Part shown: positions 34,944 to 47,500 of the stretch, piece by piece | Position numbering within the stretch: position 1 is the stretch's first letter | Layout: every line of letters begins with the position of its first letter | DNA from: Mesotaenium endlicherianum | Lineage: Eukaryota | Assembly: GCA_009602735.1 (NCBI GenBank) | Contig: WELA01001098.1 | Span: 151,345-215,344 of the forward strand | Length of the DNA: 64,000 nt | Direction: 5' to 3' | The notes under the pieces: generated by a model | What the model was told of the DNA's origin: nothing | The model's input: only the letters and a program-made list of their open reading frames with translations | Database searches by the model: none | Translations under genes and position numbers: made by a program

Positions 34944-35442
34944 TGTAGTGAAACAGATAGATAAAGTACTTAGTAAAACAGAATACTTTATCTATTCAAG
35001 ACAAGGATCTTTGAACACAAGTGGTAGCTTCTTGAAAGAGAGATGGCTTCTTGAAAGTTAATATATTTCTGGATTTTGGCAAGTACAAGAGTGATTCTCG
35101 AATGTCTTTCTATGTTCTAGCTCTTGTTTATAAACTTGCTACATAAGTAATTTCTAGAACAGTGTATGTTGATGTGTTGGCACCCAACACATCCCAAATC
35201 TTGCCACCTCTTTCTAGAATAATGTACACATGTCCTTTTGACCTAAAAATGGCACATTTGACTTTTGCCACATGGAGTTCTTCTAGGTCTTTCCTCTAAC
35301 TTCAAAAATGCCTTGGAAGGTTCAAAGGACATGAACCAAGTTACTAGAGTACCTATTCACACTTGACTCCACACAATACTACTCCACATATATTTGAAAA
35401 CATTAAAATATAAGCAAACATATAATAACTCAAATCACTACA
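34944..35442 (-). repeat. C 3' LTR (499 bp)
   Basis: TGTAGTG...CACTACA. Confidence 0.96.
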
Positions 35443-35477
35443 TCACCCCCCGATAGAAAAAGCGCCGTCTCGGCGCG

Positions 35478-35601
35478 TCAAGTCAGGTCTTACACATGTG
35501 GAGCAAACTAGTCAACAGTTTCAAGTCAGATGCCACACATGTGAAGAGGACTAGTCAAAGGCGCCAAGTCAGGTGCTACACATGTAAGGTAGACTAGGCA
35601 A
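35478..35601. repeat. Three ~43-bp tandem repeats in the C 3' UTR
   Basis: CAAGTCAG...ACACATGT...ACTAG(T/G)CAA x3. Confidence 0.8.
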
Positions 35602-36210
35602 GGTCGTAGGTGGTGTGACCTTATTGGCTAGCCTACTCCTTAATGATAAAGAAAATTGTACAAGTTGGCCCAGAATCTGCCACGAACTCAAAAATTCATA
35701 GCGGCCACAGAACTGCTCCAAATCTGAAAATTTGAGTGCCAGACGGACCGCGTCGGAGAACTCTACCGGGTCACCAAATTTGAGAGCATTCTAATTTGTG
35801 GAGTGTTGTTGAGAGCTGAGAGAGTAGGCACTCCTCCAAATCTGTGCAGAAACTTCTGAAAATCATAAGTCCTTGTATACTTCTCCAAATTCTGCAAAGT
35901 AAGTCTCAAAATAGGCGCTGTAAGATGTTCTACCAGAGTCTTAAGTTTCAAAGCATTCCAAGTTCAGGGGAGGGCACAATGTCAGAAGGCATATTCTGCC
36001 CTAACAATGCCAGCAGCCTGACCCCCTTCTACTTAGAGCATCATATCTCTCTCACCAGTGCTCCAAATTGAGCAAACTTGGACTCTAAATGACCGGCTAC
36101 TCATGGACTACAGCCAGGTAAATTTTCAGAATTTATTATGAAGAGACCTATTGCCAGTAGCAGTTTTAGTTTTCTGTCCAGAAACCGCAAGAAGAGAAAA
36201 GTGTCTAATG

Positions 36211-39200
36211 TCATTTTTTCCTCTTTGTGGTTCTCGCAGGCTGCCTCCAAGGGGTCTGCTGCTGCTTCTTGATGGTGGCAGGCTGCCTCCCTGAAGTCTC
36301 CGGGCTTCTAGTAGAGAGACTTGGGGCTGGTCCAAGATGGGGGTTGGCGGCATGGAAGCGCTTCAACTTTCTCTGAACTTTGTGAAGGTAGTGCGCCGCC
36401 ACCCAACTATTCTCCGAATCTGGATATCCTTTCCACTTGATCAAGTATTGCTGCTGTCTCCTGAAATTTCTCATAGCCACTATGTCTTCCACTTCGTACT
36501 CCAAATGATCATCCACTATTGTTGGGGCTGGTGGGGTTGTCACACGTCCTGGGAACTTGTTGTCGGGTTGCACATATGGCTTGAAGAGGGAAGCGTGGAA
36601 TACGGGGTCGATGTGCATAGTCTGGGGAAGTTCTAGCTTGAAAGCAACGGGGTTGACTTGCTGGATAATCTTGAAGGGTCCCAAATACTTGGGAGAGAAC
36701 TTGCTGCCGGCAGGCCTGTTGTTCAGGGAAATGTTCTTGGATGATAGTAACACGTTGTCACCCACTCTGTACGTAATTTCTCTTCTGGATCTGTTCGCCA
36801 CTCTTGCTTGAGCATCTTGCGCGTGTTGTAGAGCTTTCTTCGCTGCTGTAAGGGCTGCTTCTAATGTCTCCATAAAATCTGTGGCTGCAGGTACTTCATC
36901 ATGGCCAGCCGTGAAGCTCAGTGGCGTGGTCGGATGGAAGCCATAGTTGAGGAAGAATGGGGACTCTTGGGTAGAGGCCTGCGTAGTGTTGTTGTAGGCA
37001 AACTCGAGGGGGGTCAAGTACATGTCCCAGTCTTGCTCGAGGGTAGACACGTAGGCCTTTAGAGAGGTCTTTAGGGTACGATTCATACGCTCGGTTTGCC
37101 CATCTGATTGTGGGTGGTAGGCAGTAGACATATCCAGCGATGTACCCAAGTTCTTGAAGAGATTTTTCCAGAAATGGCTTGTGAATCTTGGATCTCTATC
37201 TGACACAATTCTTGATGGTAGTCCATGGAGTCGGAAGATGTTGTCAAAGATGAGTCTTGCAAGTTGTGGTGCTGTAGCCTTAGTCGTCGTGGGAATAAAA
37301 TGAGCCATCTTGGTAAGTCTGTCCACCACCGTGAGTATTGCATTATGGCCTCGAGGTGTCACGGGCAAGTCCACGATAAGGTCCATTGAGATGTCCGTCC
37401 ATTGTCTTTCGGGGATTGGTAGTGGTTGGAGGAGTCCTCCCGCCTTTTGCGATGATGGCTTGATTCTTTGGCATGTGTCACAGCTCCTGCAGTACTCCTT
37501 GACTTGCTTAGACATGCCTGGCCAACAATAAGTCCTAGCTAGAACGCCCGTGGTCCTTAGGATTCCAAAGTGTCCTCCAAGAGGGTTGTCGTGTGCTTCT
37601 CGTAGAAGCAAGAGCCGGAGGTCTAAGTCATTAGGAACACATCTCTGGCCCGTATCTTGCCTCACCCAATAATTGCCTTCTTGCTTCTTGCATGGGTCCA
37701 AGGCTGCTTCTCCGTTCTTGTAGTAAGGGTCTCTTTCATAGGCGGCTGAAAATCGAGCTTCCAGATCTGTCTTCAGGGATACCATCACTGCATTTAATTG
37801 CAGTCTTGAGAGGGGGTCAGCCGGGTTTGTCTTGCCGGGCTGGTACTGAATCGTGATGTTGTATTGTTGCAAGTATCCGCTCCATCTTGCTTGTCTCCTT
37901 GAGAGATACGGCTGCGTCTGGAGGTGCTTTAACGCCTCGTGGTCCGTGGTGACCAGTACTTTGCGTCCTTCAACGTAGCAGCGCCAAACCTTCAAGACAT
38001 GTACAATCGCCAATGCCTCTCGCTCCGTGGTTGTATAATTTTGCTCGGCTGGATTTAGCTTCCTTGACTCGTAGGCGATGGGCTGCAGTCCCTTGCCTTG
38101 GTCTTGAAGCAGGATTGCTCCTATTGCATAGGAAGATGCATCGGTGATGACGTGGAAGGGCCAATCTGGGTTTGGACTTGGGAGTGTGAGCACCGGGGAT
38201 GTGGTCAATCTTCGCTTTAACTCTTGAAATGCCTCTTCCTCTTTCTCGGTCCATGTATATAGCCTGTCCTTCTTGAGTAGATCTGTCAGGGGGGCTGCTA
38301 TGTGCGAGAAGCCTTGGATGAATTTTCTGTACCAATTGGCAAATCCCAAGAATGACTGGAGTTCTTTCTTGGTCGTGGGGGTTGGCCATTCCTCCACCAC
38401 CGTGGTCTTCTTGGGGTCTATCTTGATGCCATCAGCAGTCACGTGGAGACCTAGGAACTCCACTTCTTGTTTGGCAAACTCGCATTTTGACTCCTTCGCA
38501 AACAGCTTGTTTTGCTTCAATACTTCAAGGACTTCTTTCAAGTGTCTCGCATGCTCTTCAAGGGTCTTGCTGTAGATAAGGATGTCATCGATGAATACCA
38601 CCACAAATCTGTCCAACATGGGCTGAAATATGGTGTTCATCATAGTCATGAAAGTTGCTGGCGCGTTGGTGAGTCCAAATGGCAGGACCATGAACTCAAA
38701 ATGTCCATATCTTGTCCTGAATGCCGTCTTCTCTATGTCCGGTTCTGCGATGCGAATCTGGTGGTAGCCGCTCCGTAAGTCAATCTTCGTGAAGTACTTG
38801 GCTCCAACCAGCCGGTCCATGAGCTCATCCATGCGCGGCAGCGGGTATCGATTCTTGATGGTGATCTTGTTGAGGGCGCGATAGTCCACACACATCCTCA
38901 AGGTACCATCTTTCTTCTTGACAAATAGCACCGGGGCTCCAAATGGCGACTTGCTAGGTCGAATGAAGCCATGCTCCAGTAGCTCCTTGATTTGCTTCTT
39001 GACTTCGTCTAGCTCCGTGTATGACATTTTGAACGTAGGCCGAGAGATGGGCTTGCTTCCGGGCTCCAACTCTATCTTGTGGTCTACGAATCTTTTGGGG
39101 GGTAGGCCCTTGGGCAATTCCGGGGAGAACACTTCTTTGTAGTCCTCTAAGACTTCTTGTATCTCCTTGGGAACGGGGCTGCCTTCTTGACTCTCGATGT

Positions 39201-39876
39201 CTTTCTTGATGTCTTTTGGCGTGATCAAGGCCAAAAGAAGCTCGTGTCCCTTCCTCACAAGTCTCTTGAGTTGGAGGGCGGACAATAGTATCTCGTGTGC
39301 CGGCTTCTGGATGTCTTGGGTCTGGATATTCTGGATTGCGCGCAAAATACAGATTCTTGAAGTGATGTCATTCTTGATCTTGATAGTACCGGTCCTCCAA
39401 TCAACTTGGGGGTTGTGCTTGGTCAACCAAGGCGTCCCTAGGATGACGTCGTACTTGCCCAATTGCATGGGGGAGAACACTACTCTATCCTTGAAGGACT
39501 TGATAGAGAGTGCCAAGGGGTACGTCTTCTTGGAAGGGGTAGTATAGGAGAATCCATCGGGCATCATAATCTCCTCGTCGTGGTCAAGAGTTCGCATAGT
39601 AATACCGTGCTTGGTGGCAAAATCTGCAGCAATGAAGTTGCCTTGAGCTCCGCTATCCACCAAGATGTGGACCTTCTCTCCTCCAAGGTAACCTCTCAAA
39701 CTCATTGGGGCTGGAACGTCGTCTTCAACGGGGGTCTCCACCTCACTTGGCGTGTTGCCTTCTCGTGAAGTGGGTCTTGGGGTGGTAGGCTCCTGGCCTA
39801 CCGGCGCTGTCCGTTTTTTGACAACTTTTTGGGGCATGAAAGTGCACGATGGCCCTTTTCCTTGCAATAAAAGCAT
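36211..39876 (-). CDS. pol: C Pol: protease, RT, RNase H, integrase, chromodomain
   Basis: [23 protein letters not shown]...CDTC, SMDL/SDRD/QTER, GPF and EYEVEDIV...[15 protein letters not shown]. Confidence 0.97.
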   Translation of the reverse strand: MLLLQGKGPSCTFMPQKVVKKRTAPVGQEPTTPRPTSREGNTPSEVETPVEDDVPAPMSLRGYLGGEKVHILVDSGAQGNFIAADFATKHGITMRTLDHDEEIMMPDGFSYTTPSKKTYPLALSIKSFKDRVVFSPMQLGKYDVILGTPWLTKHNPQVDWRTGTIKIKNDITSRICILRAIQNIQTQDIQKPAHEILLSALQLKRLVRKGHELLLALITPKDIKKDIESQEGSPVPKEIQEVLEDYKEVFSPELPKGLPPKRFVDHKIELEPGSKPISRPTFKMSYTELDEVKKQIKELLEHGFIRPSKSPFGAPVLFVKKKDGTLRMCVDYRALNKITIKNRYPLPRMDELMDRLVGAKYFTKIDLRSGYHQIRIAEPDIEKTAFRTRYGHFEFMVLPFGLTNAPATFMTMMNTIFQPMLDRFVVVFIDDILIYSKTLEEHARHLKEVLEVLKQNKLFAKESKCEFAKQEVEFLGLHVTADGIKIDPKKTTVVEEWPTPTTKKELQSFLGFANWYRKFIQGFSHIAAPLTDLLKKDRLYTWTEKEEEAFQELKRRLTTSPVLTLPSPNPDWPFHVITDASSYAIGAILLQDQGKGLQPIAYESRKLNPAEQNYTTTEREALAIVHVLKVWRCYVEGRKVLVTTDHEALKHLQTQPYLSRRQARWSGYLQQYNITIQYQPGKTNPADPLSRLQLNAVMVSLKTDLEARFSAAYERDPYYKNGEAALDPCKKQEGNYWVRQDTGQRCVPNDLDLRLLLLREAHDNPLGGHFGILRTTGVLARTYCWPGMSKQVKEYCRSCDTCQRIKPSSQKAGGLLQPLPIPERQWTDISMDLIVDLPVTPRGHNAILTVVDRLTKMAHFIPTTTKATAPQLARLIFDNIFRLHGLPSRIVSDRDPRFTSHFWKNLFKNLGTSLDMSTAYHPQSDGQTERMNRTLKTSLKAYVSTLEQDWDMYLTPLEFAYNNTTQASTQESPFFLNYGFHPTTPLSFTAGHDEVPAATDFMETLEAALTAAKKALQHAQDAQARVANRSRREITYRVGDNVLLSSKNISLNNRPAGSKFSPKYLGPFKIIQQVNPVAFKLELPQTMHIDPVFHASLFKPYVQPDNKFPGRVTTPPAPTIVDDHLEYEVEDIVAMRNFRRQQQYLIKWKGYPDSENSWVAAHYLHKVQRKLKRFHAANPHLGPAPSLSTRSPETSGRQPATIKKQQQTPWRQPARTTKRKK

Positions 39877-41078
39877 AGTCCAGCCGTCATGAGAGCTTCT
39901 TTTTCAGCCGGGGAGAGTCTTGCTTTCACTCCTTGCTGGTTTCTTGCATCATAAGTGTCATTGGAGGGTCTTCCACTCTTCCGGGCAGCCGCGGGGTCCC
40001 TTTTAATAACTCCGATTTCCATGGGTGTGGGTCCAGATTCGGATGTGGAAGGGGCTGCGTACACCCGCGTCGTCGGTACCCGTGAAGATGAAGGCACGGA
40101 GTGCTTGAAATCCAAGGTATCCACCTTTTGGGCCACTTCAATGATCTTTGAGAAGTCCGTCAAGTCGCGTAACTCCACTTCCTTTGCCACCTTGGGTTTG
40201 AGGCCAAAGATGTAGCGGTCAATCTTCTCCTCGAGAGACATGTTGGGGATCTCAAGAGTGAGGGCGTGAAATCTGGATGTATACTCTTGAACGGACGTCG
40301 TTTGCTTGAGATGGTGGAGCTTTCCTCGGGCAATCTTCTCCGCATTGATGGGCATGAATTGCTTCTTGAGGGCCTCACGAAAATCTGCCCATCTTGCATA
40401 TGATGGTGGGGGCTCTTGGCCGAGCATGGGGTGCGCCATAGCTTGATATATAGCCGCTTGATAGTTACGCCACCATGATGTTGCTGCTCCTCTAAGTAAG
40501 GTAACGGCAAAGGGAACGTAGTCCTCCTCGGGTACTTCAAGGAATGCGAGGTACGTCTCCACTTGGTAGAGCCATAAATTCAGGTTGGCACCTTTCCCGG
40601 GGTTGAAAGTGTCGGGTTTGCCGGGCTTGATGAGTTTCCTTGCTCTCGTTGGCTCTTGTGGAGGCGCTTGAGCCGGGGCTGGATTTTGAGCATTGCTCGC
40701 AATAGGGGCAACCATGGCAGCCATAGCTTCTCTTGACGCTTGCACGGTTGCTTCATAGGTGGCCAAGCCCACTTGGTTGTGGACGGTCATTAGGAAGGCT
40801 GCCCACTCATTTGCGGGAACTCCTTGTGGTGGGGTCAACTTTGCTATAGCGGCTGCCACGGGATTTGACGGTGCTCCTCCTTGTGGTGCTTCTTGTTGTT
40901 GCAGATTTCCTTGAGTAGGCTCTCCCATCGACGCTGGAGGAGGGTGTGCTCCTCCTTGTGGTGCTTCTTGTTGTTGCAGATTTTCTTGAGTGGGCTCTCC
41001 CATCGGCGCTGGAGGAGGGTGTCTTGGAGAGGAAGGGCTTCCTTCGAAAGCTTGCTGTTGGTCTTGAGGATCGGCCAT
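39798..41078 (-). CDS. gag: C Gag
   Basis: [27 protein letters not shown] and [14 protein letters not shown]; 75-bp tandem duplication at the N-terminus. Confidence 0.95.
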   Translation of the reverse strand: MADPQDQQQAFEGSPSSPRHPPPAPMGEPTQENLQQQEAPQGGAHPPPASMGEPTQGNLQQQEAPQGGAPSNPVAAAIAKLTPPQGVPANEWAAFLMTVHNQVGLATYEATVQASREAMAAMVAPIASNAQNPAPAQAPPQEPTRARKLIKPGKPDTFNPGKGANLNLWLYQVETYLAFLEVPEEDYVPFAVTLLRGAATSWWRNYQAAIYQAMAHPMLGQEPPPSYARWADFREALKKQFMPINAEKIARGKLHHLKQTTSVQEYTSRFHALTLEIPNMSLEEKIDRYIFGLKPKVAKEVELRDLTDFSKIIEVAQKVDTLDFKHSVPSSSRVPTTRVYAAPSTSESGPTPMEIGVIKRDPAAARKSGRPSNDTYDARNQQGVKARLSPAEKEALMTAGLCFYCKEKGHRALSCPKKLSKNGQRR

Positions 41079-41115
41079 CTTCTTGTGCTACCAAAGTGCC
41101 TAGCTCCGATACCAC

Positions 41116-41618
41116 TGTAGTGAAACAGATAGATAAAGTACTTAGTAAAACAGAATACTTTATCTATTCAAGACAAGGATCTTTGAACACAAGTGGTAGC
41201 TTCTTGAAAGAGAGATGGCTTCTTGAAAGTTAATATATTTCTGGATTTTGGCAAGTACAAGAGTGATTCTGGAATGTCTTTCTATGTTCTAGCTCTTGTT
41301 TATATACTTGCTACATAAGTAATTTCTAGGAAGGTGTATGTTGATGTGTTGGCACCCAACACATCCCAAAACTTGCCACCTCTTTCTAGAATAATGTACA
41401 CATGTCCTTTTGACCTAAAAATGGCACATTTGACTTTTGCCACATGGAGTTCTTCTAGGTCTTTCCTCTAACTTCGAAAATGCCTTGGAAGGTTCAAAGG
41501 ACATGAACCAAGTTACTAGAGTACCTATTCACACTTGACTCCACACAATACTACTCCACATATATTTGAAAACATTAAAATATATGCAAACTAATATATA
41601 ATAACTCAAATCACTACA
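41116..41618 (-). repeat. C 5' LTR (503 bp)
   Basis: Direct repeat of 34944-35442, adjacent to the PBS. Confidence 0.96.
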
Positions 41619-41736
41619 CTCCACGTAGTGAGTATAATGTGGAGAGACGTACCTCTTTAGTCGGCCACATGCTTCAAATTTTAACTCGCACGCAGGATAT
41701 GAATTCGGTAGCCTTCGAAGTTCGCAATGTAGTAAA

Positions 41737-42691
41737 GGTCAATTATGGAATAAGGCCTCAAAGATCCGAACATTAGCTCAAGTAGCTCTCAATTTTTTAT
41801 ATATTCAAAAGTAGCCCTGGCGCATTACTAGGTTTTTAACTGTCGGTTCCCCCATGGGAAGCCAGTTCGCACGGGAAAGAATCTGATAAGCTGGTTTTTC
41901 TCCTCAACGTCCAAAATCTTCAAACGGATCGTATCACGCCGAGTACATGCCCTAGTAAGGTGCAGGATAAATTTCCGATTGCTCCATCCTTGTTTTGTTG
42001 TTGTGACCTGAACTTGAAAGAGTCTAATGTTGAACGAGTGAAAACATTTTTCACTCACAATTGTTAGCCTGCACTCTAAATTTCATCTCGACTAAGTCCC
42101 CTTCCACTTACTTTCGTCCTCGCTTAAATCTCTATTGATCCCCTTACTTCGGTGAGAACATTCGGCAATAGGCTACGTTGCGTGTTAAGTCTCCCAAATC
42201 GCCAGATGTGTCGCCTTCCAGCACCATGTCCAAGTCATAATGATGCGGCTGCGAGGTTGAGGGGTAAGACGATGCGACCTGGGAGCGAGGAGTATCACTC
42301 GTTCATACTTTGGAGCTGATTGGGCAGGTGGTGAAATAAAGATGACGGGATTTGAAGTGAATGTTTGTTCGCACCAGAGGGCCACAAAGCTTCATGCATC
42401 ACAAATTTTCAAACATAGATATTAGTAGTTTCCAGCATGAAAAGTGTTGGTTTTGGTTTCTGGAGGTAAAGTTTTGGTTGGAGGTAATGAGCTGTTCTGA
42501 AGTAAAGAAAAGGTTGTCTGTAAGGGGTGTTTCCGTGTGAAATCGCTTCACACGGTGAGACCGACATTCAGGTCTGACACTGGGGGGATACATGCGCGAG
42601 GGCCAGCGAGGGCTACTTTTGAATACATGAACAGTTGAGGGCTACTGCGGCTCAGAATCGCGTCTTTGAGGGCTAATTCCATACTTGACGC
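41737..42691. mobile_element. Non-autonomous Mutator-like (MULE) TIR element
   Basis: Imperfect ~85-bp TIRs (41737-41820 vs ~42608-42691; core TATTCAAAAGTAGCCCT / AGGGCTACTTTTGAATA). 10-bp TSD ATGTAGTAAA/ACGTAGTAAA. Confidence 0.8.
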
Positions 42692-44510
42692 ACGTAGTAA
42701 ACTAGTTCAGTCGCGGCACGAGGAACGGAAAGGCTCAAGATTTTGAAATGATTAGGTGTGTCAGTTAATATCGAGAGGATTTGAATGGTGGAGTCACGAG
42801 TGACGTCGATGCTAACACCTCCCAAGGTGTTTGAATGACTTTGTTTCAAGTGGGGAACTGGGACAACATACTGTCTCTTGATACTCTTCCCCGACCATGG
42901 GTTTGTCAATTCTTGTGGCTGATTTTTTCTATAGATATTGTCTGGAAAATTATCCGCGCTCTCAATCTCGGCACGTCCAAGGTGGCCCCCAGGGCACCCC
43001 AGGGTGCCGCACGGCGCTATGTACAGCGTGGTTGGATGCTGGTTGGCTGGCCCCAGAAGTACTCCGGCTGGAGCCTGGGCCAAATAAAGAAGTGAGTTGT
43101 ATTCAGTTGTATTTGGTTTTATTGGGTAAAATGGACGTGAATGTGACGCGAGGTAACCCGGGAGAAGCGTCGATAGTAAACCTACATGTTCACTTCTATC
43201 CTTTTCGCACATAAATTTCCCTAGTAAATGTCGATATATATCCCCTGGATCTTGTGACGAGAAGTGGACGTCGATAGCTGTCCGACGATGCACGTCGATC
43301 AGATGGGACTGGTTTGCGAAGAAGGCAAAAGCCTGGCCAAACCAGGGAAAAGCCTGCCAATCAAAAGTGAAGAAAATTGGAGCGAGCCACGTTCAACCTC
43401 TAGTCGCCGCTGAAGACGGAACGCCGAACGACGGTGTAAAGAGGCCTCGCGAAACAGATGGCTTCGATGAGACCAGGATGAGACGATGAATGTGGCATGC
43501 TGGACGCGCTCGCAATCTGTGGACTCTCAACTTGACTCGACAACAGGTCCTTTCGACAGGTGGCGGTAGATTTTCCAGTATCATGCATGTTATCGGTGTC
43601 GCAACTTGCAAAAGAAGCTGCCGGAGCAAGTGGGGTAGCAAAGACAAAACGCTTGGATGCTCAAGCGGTAAAGCGGCTGATGATAATAATGCTCTCTTTT
43701 GGCATACATAAGATTGGTCGACATGCACCAAAGTCGCCTGTCATAGGCTTGATGAATATAATAAAGATAAAAAAATATTGACCAGGTATTGACCTTTTCG
43801 TGAAATCGTGCATCTCAGTTCCAAGCCGACAAAATATACCTCGAGATAATTCGCTTGCAGCAGCTTACAGCAGCTTGCACCAGGTTGCACTGGCTTGCAC
43901 AGCAAATTTCTGCTCTCGACAGTTGGTGATAGTACATCTTGGAAATTTTGGGTTGCTTTTAGCAGCGGAAGTCGACAAAGCGTACCTAAAGGCACCTCAA
44001 GTGACTCGAGAGGTTGTTATGTTCTGCTAGTACTCCCAGAGTTTGCTACCGCGCTCGGTTGGTAATGTGGTGTCCCTCAAATTAGTGCATTGTAGTCATC
44101 GGAGCTAGGGGGCTGGAGGATGTGACTTAAGTTTACGAGTAGCGCAGGGGTAGACGAACGACGCGACCTTGCAGCCGGCAACTCCTCTTGCCTTGCTATC
44201 CAGGTTCAGACCCTAGTGTATTTCAGGGGCTTTTGTAAAGACCAGCAGCACAGAGGTTAACCGGTTTCGGGTTGATATTGCTTGGAGAAGCCTCACTATT
44301 TTCTGGACGATGTCATTTTAATGCTCAGCAGCTCATCCATCGCTGATACTTCCATCAGCATTTGAGGGTGAGGAATTTCTTCTGACAATTTGCTGCGAGA
44401 GGGTGTTGCTTACATGTCATCAGCGTAGGTGATTGATTTCGAAGGGAGTTGACAGACTGTTTGGATTTGTACGTCTACGGACTGATGGTGAACGGCTGTG
44501 ATTTGTGCAG

Positions 44511-47500
44511 ATGGCGCTTCAAGGGGTAGTGCTGCTTCTCTTGGCATTGGCGGTGTTGAACTTCTGCATGACTCCAACTGCAGCCCGGCACATTCAGGAG
44601 GCAGCATTTGACGATCTTAAGAGCGGGCACGCGCTCCCCCTCCTCAATGAAGGGAGACATCTGCTGCAGTCGAGTGGAAATTCGAGTAAGACATTGCATT
44701 GCCGCCTGTCCGTTGGTCCCCAGGGTAATCTGCCTCGTGAAGTTTTGGCTTGACATTGGACACCTGGCTCTTGTCAGCCATCCGTCCTGCTGCTTTCCTT
44801 GAGAGGAGCTGGGGCAATTCGCATGCCATCTGGTGCGCCATGTCTCCGTCCTTGCCATGGCTGCCGCCCCTCTCTTGGGTGCTGCCGCTCTCATGGAGCT
44901 TCGACTTGCAACACTTCTGAGATGCAACTCTCCTGAAAAGAGAGCCGAGCGCTGGCAAGCATGCACTTTTGTCTAATTTCGGCACTCACAGCACTTTCAG
45001 CATGTCCAGCAAGTCCAGCGCTTTCGGCACTTTCAGCAGCAGAAAAAGGCAGCAGCACTCTGTTTTCAGGTCAGCAGGGGTCATGCCTCTGCACGTCACT
45101 TGGTGCTTGGATGTGCACCCCTCGGTCGATTCTTCATGCATTTGATTGGCCAAGTAGCACCCGGGGCAGGCTCACGAGGGTTTTAGCCCCAGGGATGCGG
45201 CAGCTGCGAGGGGGGGGTGATAGATCATAGCAGAGAAACCCAACCCTTCAGCTCCGCACGTCACTGGTCATCAGAGTTGATGCCCTTTGCGTCTCTCCTC
45301 CCCCTCCCCCTCCCCTCCCTGCTGCTGCTGCTGCTGCTCCTCCTGCTGGTGTTCTTCCTCCTTTCCATCCTCCTCCCCCTCCTCCTCCTGCTGCTCCTCC
45401 TCCTTGACCTCCTCCGCCGCCTGCTGCTGCTGGTGCTGCTTCTCCTCCTCCTCTCCCTCCTCCTCCTGCTACTGCCGCTGCTGGCGTGTCGTCCAATCTC
45501 TGGTTCACCACTAAGATCCAAGCAGTCCCACTGTAGGCTGGTGCAAGTTCCTCTCCCTCGTGAGCAGCCCGCCAGCCTTCGGCTCCACTTGCCTGCTACC
45601 GTTCACCCCCTCCATGCCTGCGCCTGCCCGTTCTGTCAAATATCCCCCGCCCCCTCCCTGCTATTCCCTCCCCTCCTCCCTCCCTCCCCTCCGTTTAATG
45701 CTGTAAATGATTCCTGCTTGTGTTTCTAACGCTCTTGCCTCGCCACATGGCGATTATCAAGCTTCGGCAGCCCAGTTGACCCACCCACCCAATTGACCGT
45801 TGGCGTCGTCTCTTTGCGCGCCCTCCCTTTCCCCCCCTCTCCCATCAAAAGAAAGACAAACTTTACGCACACGCACCTGCGCGCGCACACACACACGCGC
45901 GCGCACGCACGCTCGTGCTAAGTTACCAGAGAAACAATCGTGGCGACCAGCTCCACTCGAACCATGATATCAACCGCCTGCATGCACGCGTGTTGGGGCG
46001 GCGGTGGCTGCAGCCAACGGAGAGAAGAGCAAGAGCGGGGGAGGAGGCGGCGGCGGCGTGAAGTGGTGGATGGTGTTCATCCCCGCCTTCATCATTGCGC
46101 ATCTGCCATGCATCCCCCTCATCTGGTGGCTGGCCAAGCGCAGGAAGGCGCGCCGCAGCGTCCTGAAGGGTGCGCGTTCCCACTCGCTCACTCAAAATCA
46201 TCTTGCCTCCCCCTTCCCGCTCCGTGCTCCCCTCCTTATCCTCCCCCCAATACTACTCCCCNNNNNNNNNNNNNNNNNNNNNNNNNNNNNNNNNNNNNNN
46301 NNNNNNNNNNNNNNNNNNNNNNNNNNNNNNNNNNNNNNNNNNNNNNNNNNNNNNNNNNNNNNNNNNNNNNNNNNNNNNNNNNNNNNNNNNNNNNNNNNNN
46401 NNNNNNNNNNNNNNNNNNNNNNNNNNNNNNNNNNNNNNNNNNNNNNNNNTTCTCATCTCCCGCTCCCCCTCCCCCTCCCCCCTCTGTTCCTCGCTTTGGC
46501 GTGCTGCCCTGCTGCCTCGGCCGCTCCTGAAGGTTGCAGGTGCGGATGTGTTTTTGTTTCTGTGTAGAGATCATCCAAAGACCTCGCCCCTGTTCTTGCT
46601 GTTCCAGCACCGAAGTTTGAGCGATGAGCTATGGGTCACTGAGTTCAGATCTGCGCGCCGCGCGCCTCGTCCCCGCCCTCCCCTTCCCTCTTCTCCCTCT
46701 GTGTCGCCACTTGTCGCCGTGTGTCGGGAGGTGCAGCGCTGCCCAGGCATGCATCCGAGTGTCCACGTGTCCACGTGTATGCAGCTCCGCGCGTCCAGCT
46801 GTCTGCCGGCTCCCGCTGCTGCCAGCCTCCCCCTCTCCTGTTACCATCGCCCTTTATGGAGCGAGAAAATTGCTTCTCATGCGTGACATTGAACGCGACA
46901 GGCAGCGGACACGTGTCGACTTTTGCCCATCCTGGACGTTGCAGCCGTTCGACCTTCTGACAGTACTGTCAGAGGCAGAGAGGGCAAATCGATACAGGGT
47001 GTGCGAGAGAGTCTGTCGAGATGCCGACTGTTGGCCGCGCTGATGCGACACCTTCGGTCTCGACGAGAGAGCAGTGGCGGCTAGTGGCAATGGATGTGCA
47101 AGTGGGTCCGAGGTGCTTCTGTTAAACAACTGGGAAGTTTGCGTCCCTCCCTTGCCCCTTCAAGAACCAGTACCTTCGAGAAAGAGCTCGCACCTTGGCT
47201 TTGAGTTAATGACACCCATTTGGGGATCGAGGAAAGAGCCGTCTCTTGGCCCTCTGCTTAATGACAGTCGCACTCTCCGCCAGACGCATGTCTCGGCACC
47301 TAGCAGCACATTAGAGGGGTTCGCTCGCGCCATGTCACTCGAAGCACAGGCCGAGAGCTTCGGCGAGTGTCACTAATCAGAGAGACGGCGTCACGGCCGG
47401 CCGTCCTGTAGCGGGACGTCTGAAGCCGGCGTCATTGATCAGAATCAGCCCCACAGCCGCAGTTTTGAGCGGGATGATTGCGACTCTGTGCGGGCAGGTC

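Larger units (their letters stand above)
34944..41618 (-). mobile_element. Family C: intact Ty3/gypsy chromovirus
   Basis: LTRs 34944-35442 and 41116-41618 (~98% identical by eye), TSD CTCCA, PBS TGGTATCGGAGC (41103-41114), PPT-like GGGGGGTGA next to the 3' LTR, open gag and pol. Confidence 0.97.

Noticed and set aside
35478..35601. Spaced repeats resembling a CRISPR array
   Set aside because: Three degenerate tandem units without unique spacers, no cas genes, in a eukaryotic retroelement UTR.
42673..43293. 206-aa minus-strand ORF
   Set aside because: No recognisable domain, a non-ATG start, and it ends inside the MULE TIR.
45217..45729. Leu-rich membrane-protein-like ORF
   Set aside because: Translation of a CTC/CTG microsatellite inside the kinase intron.
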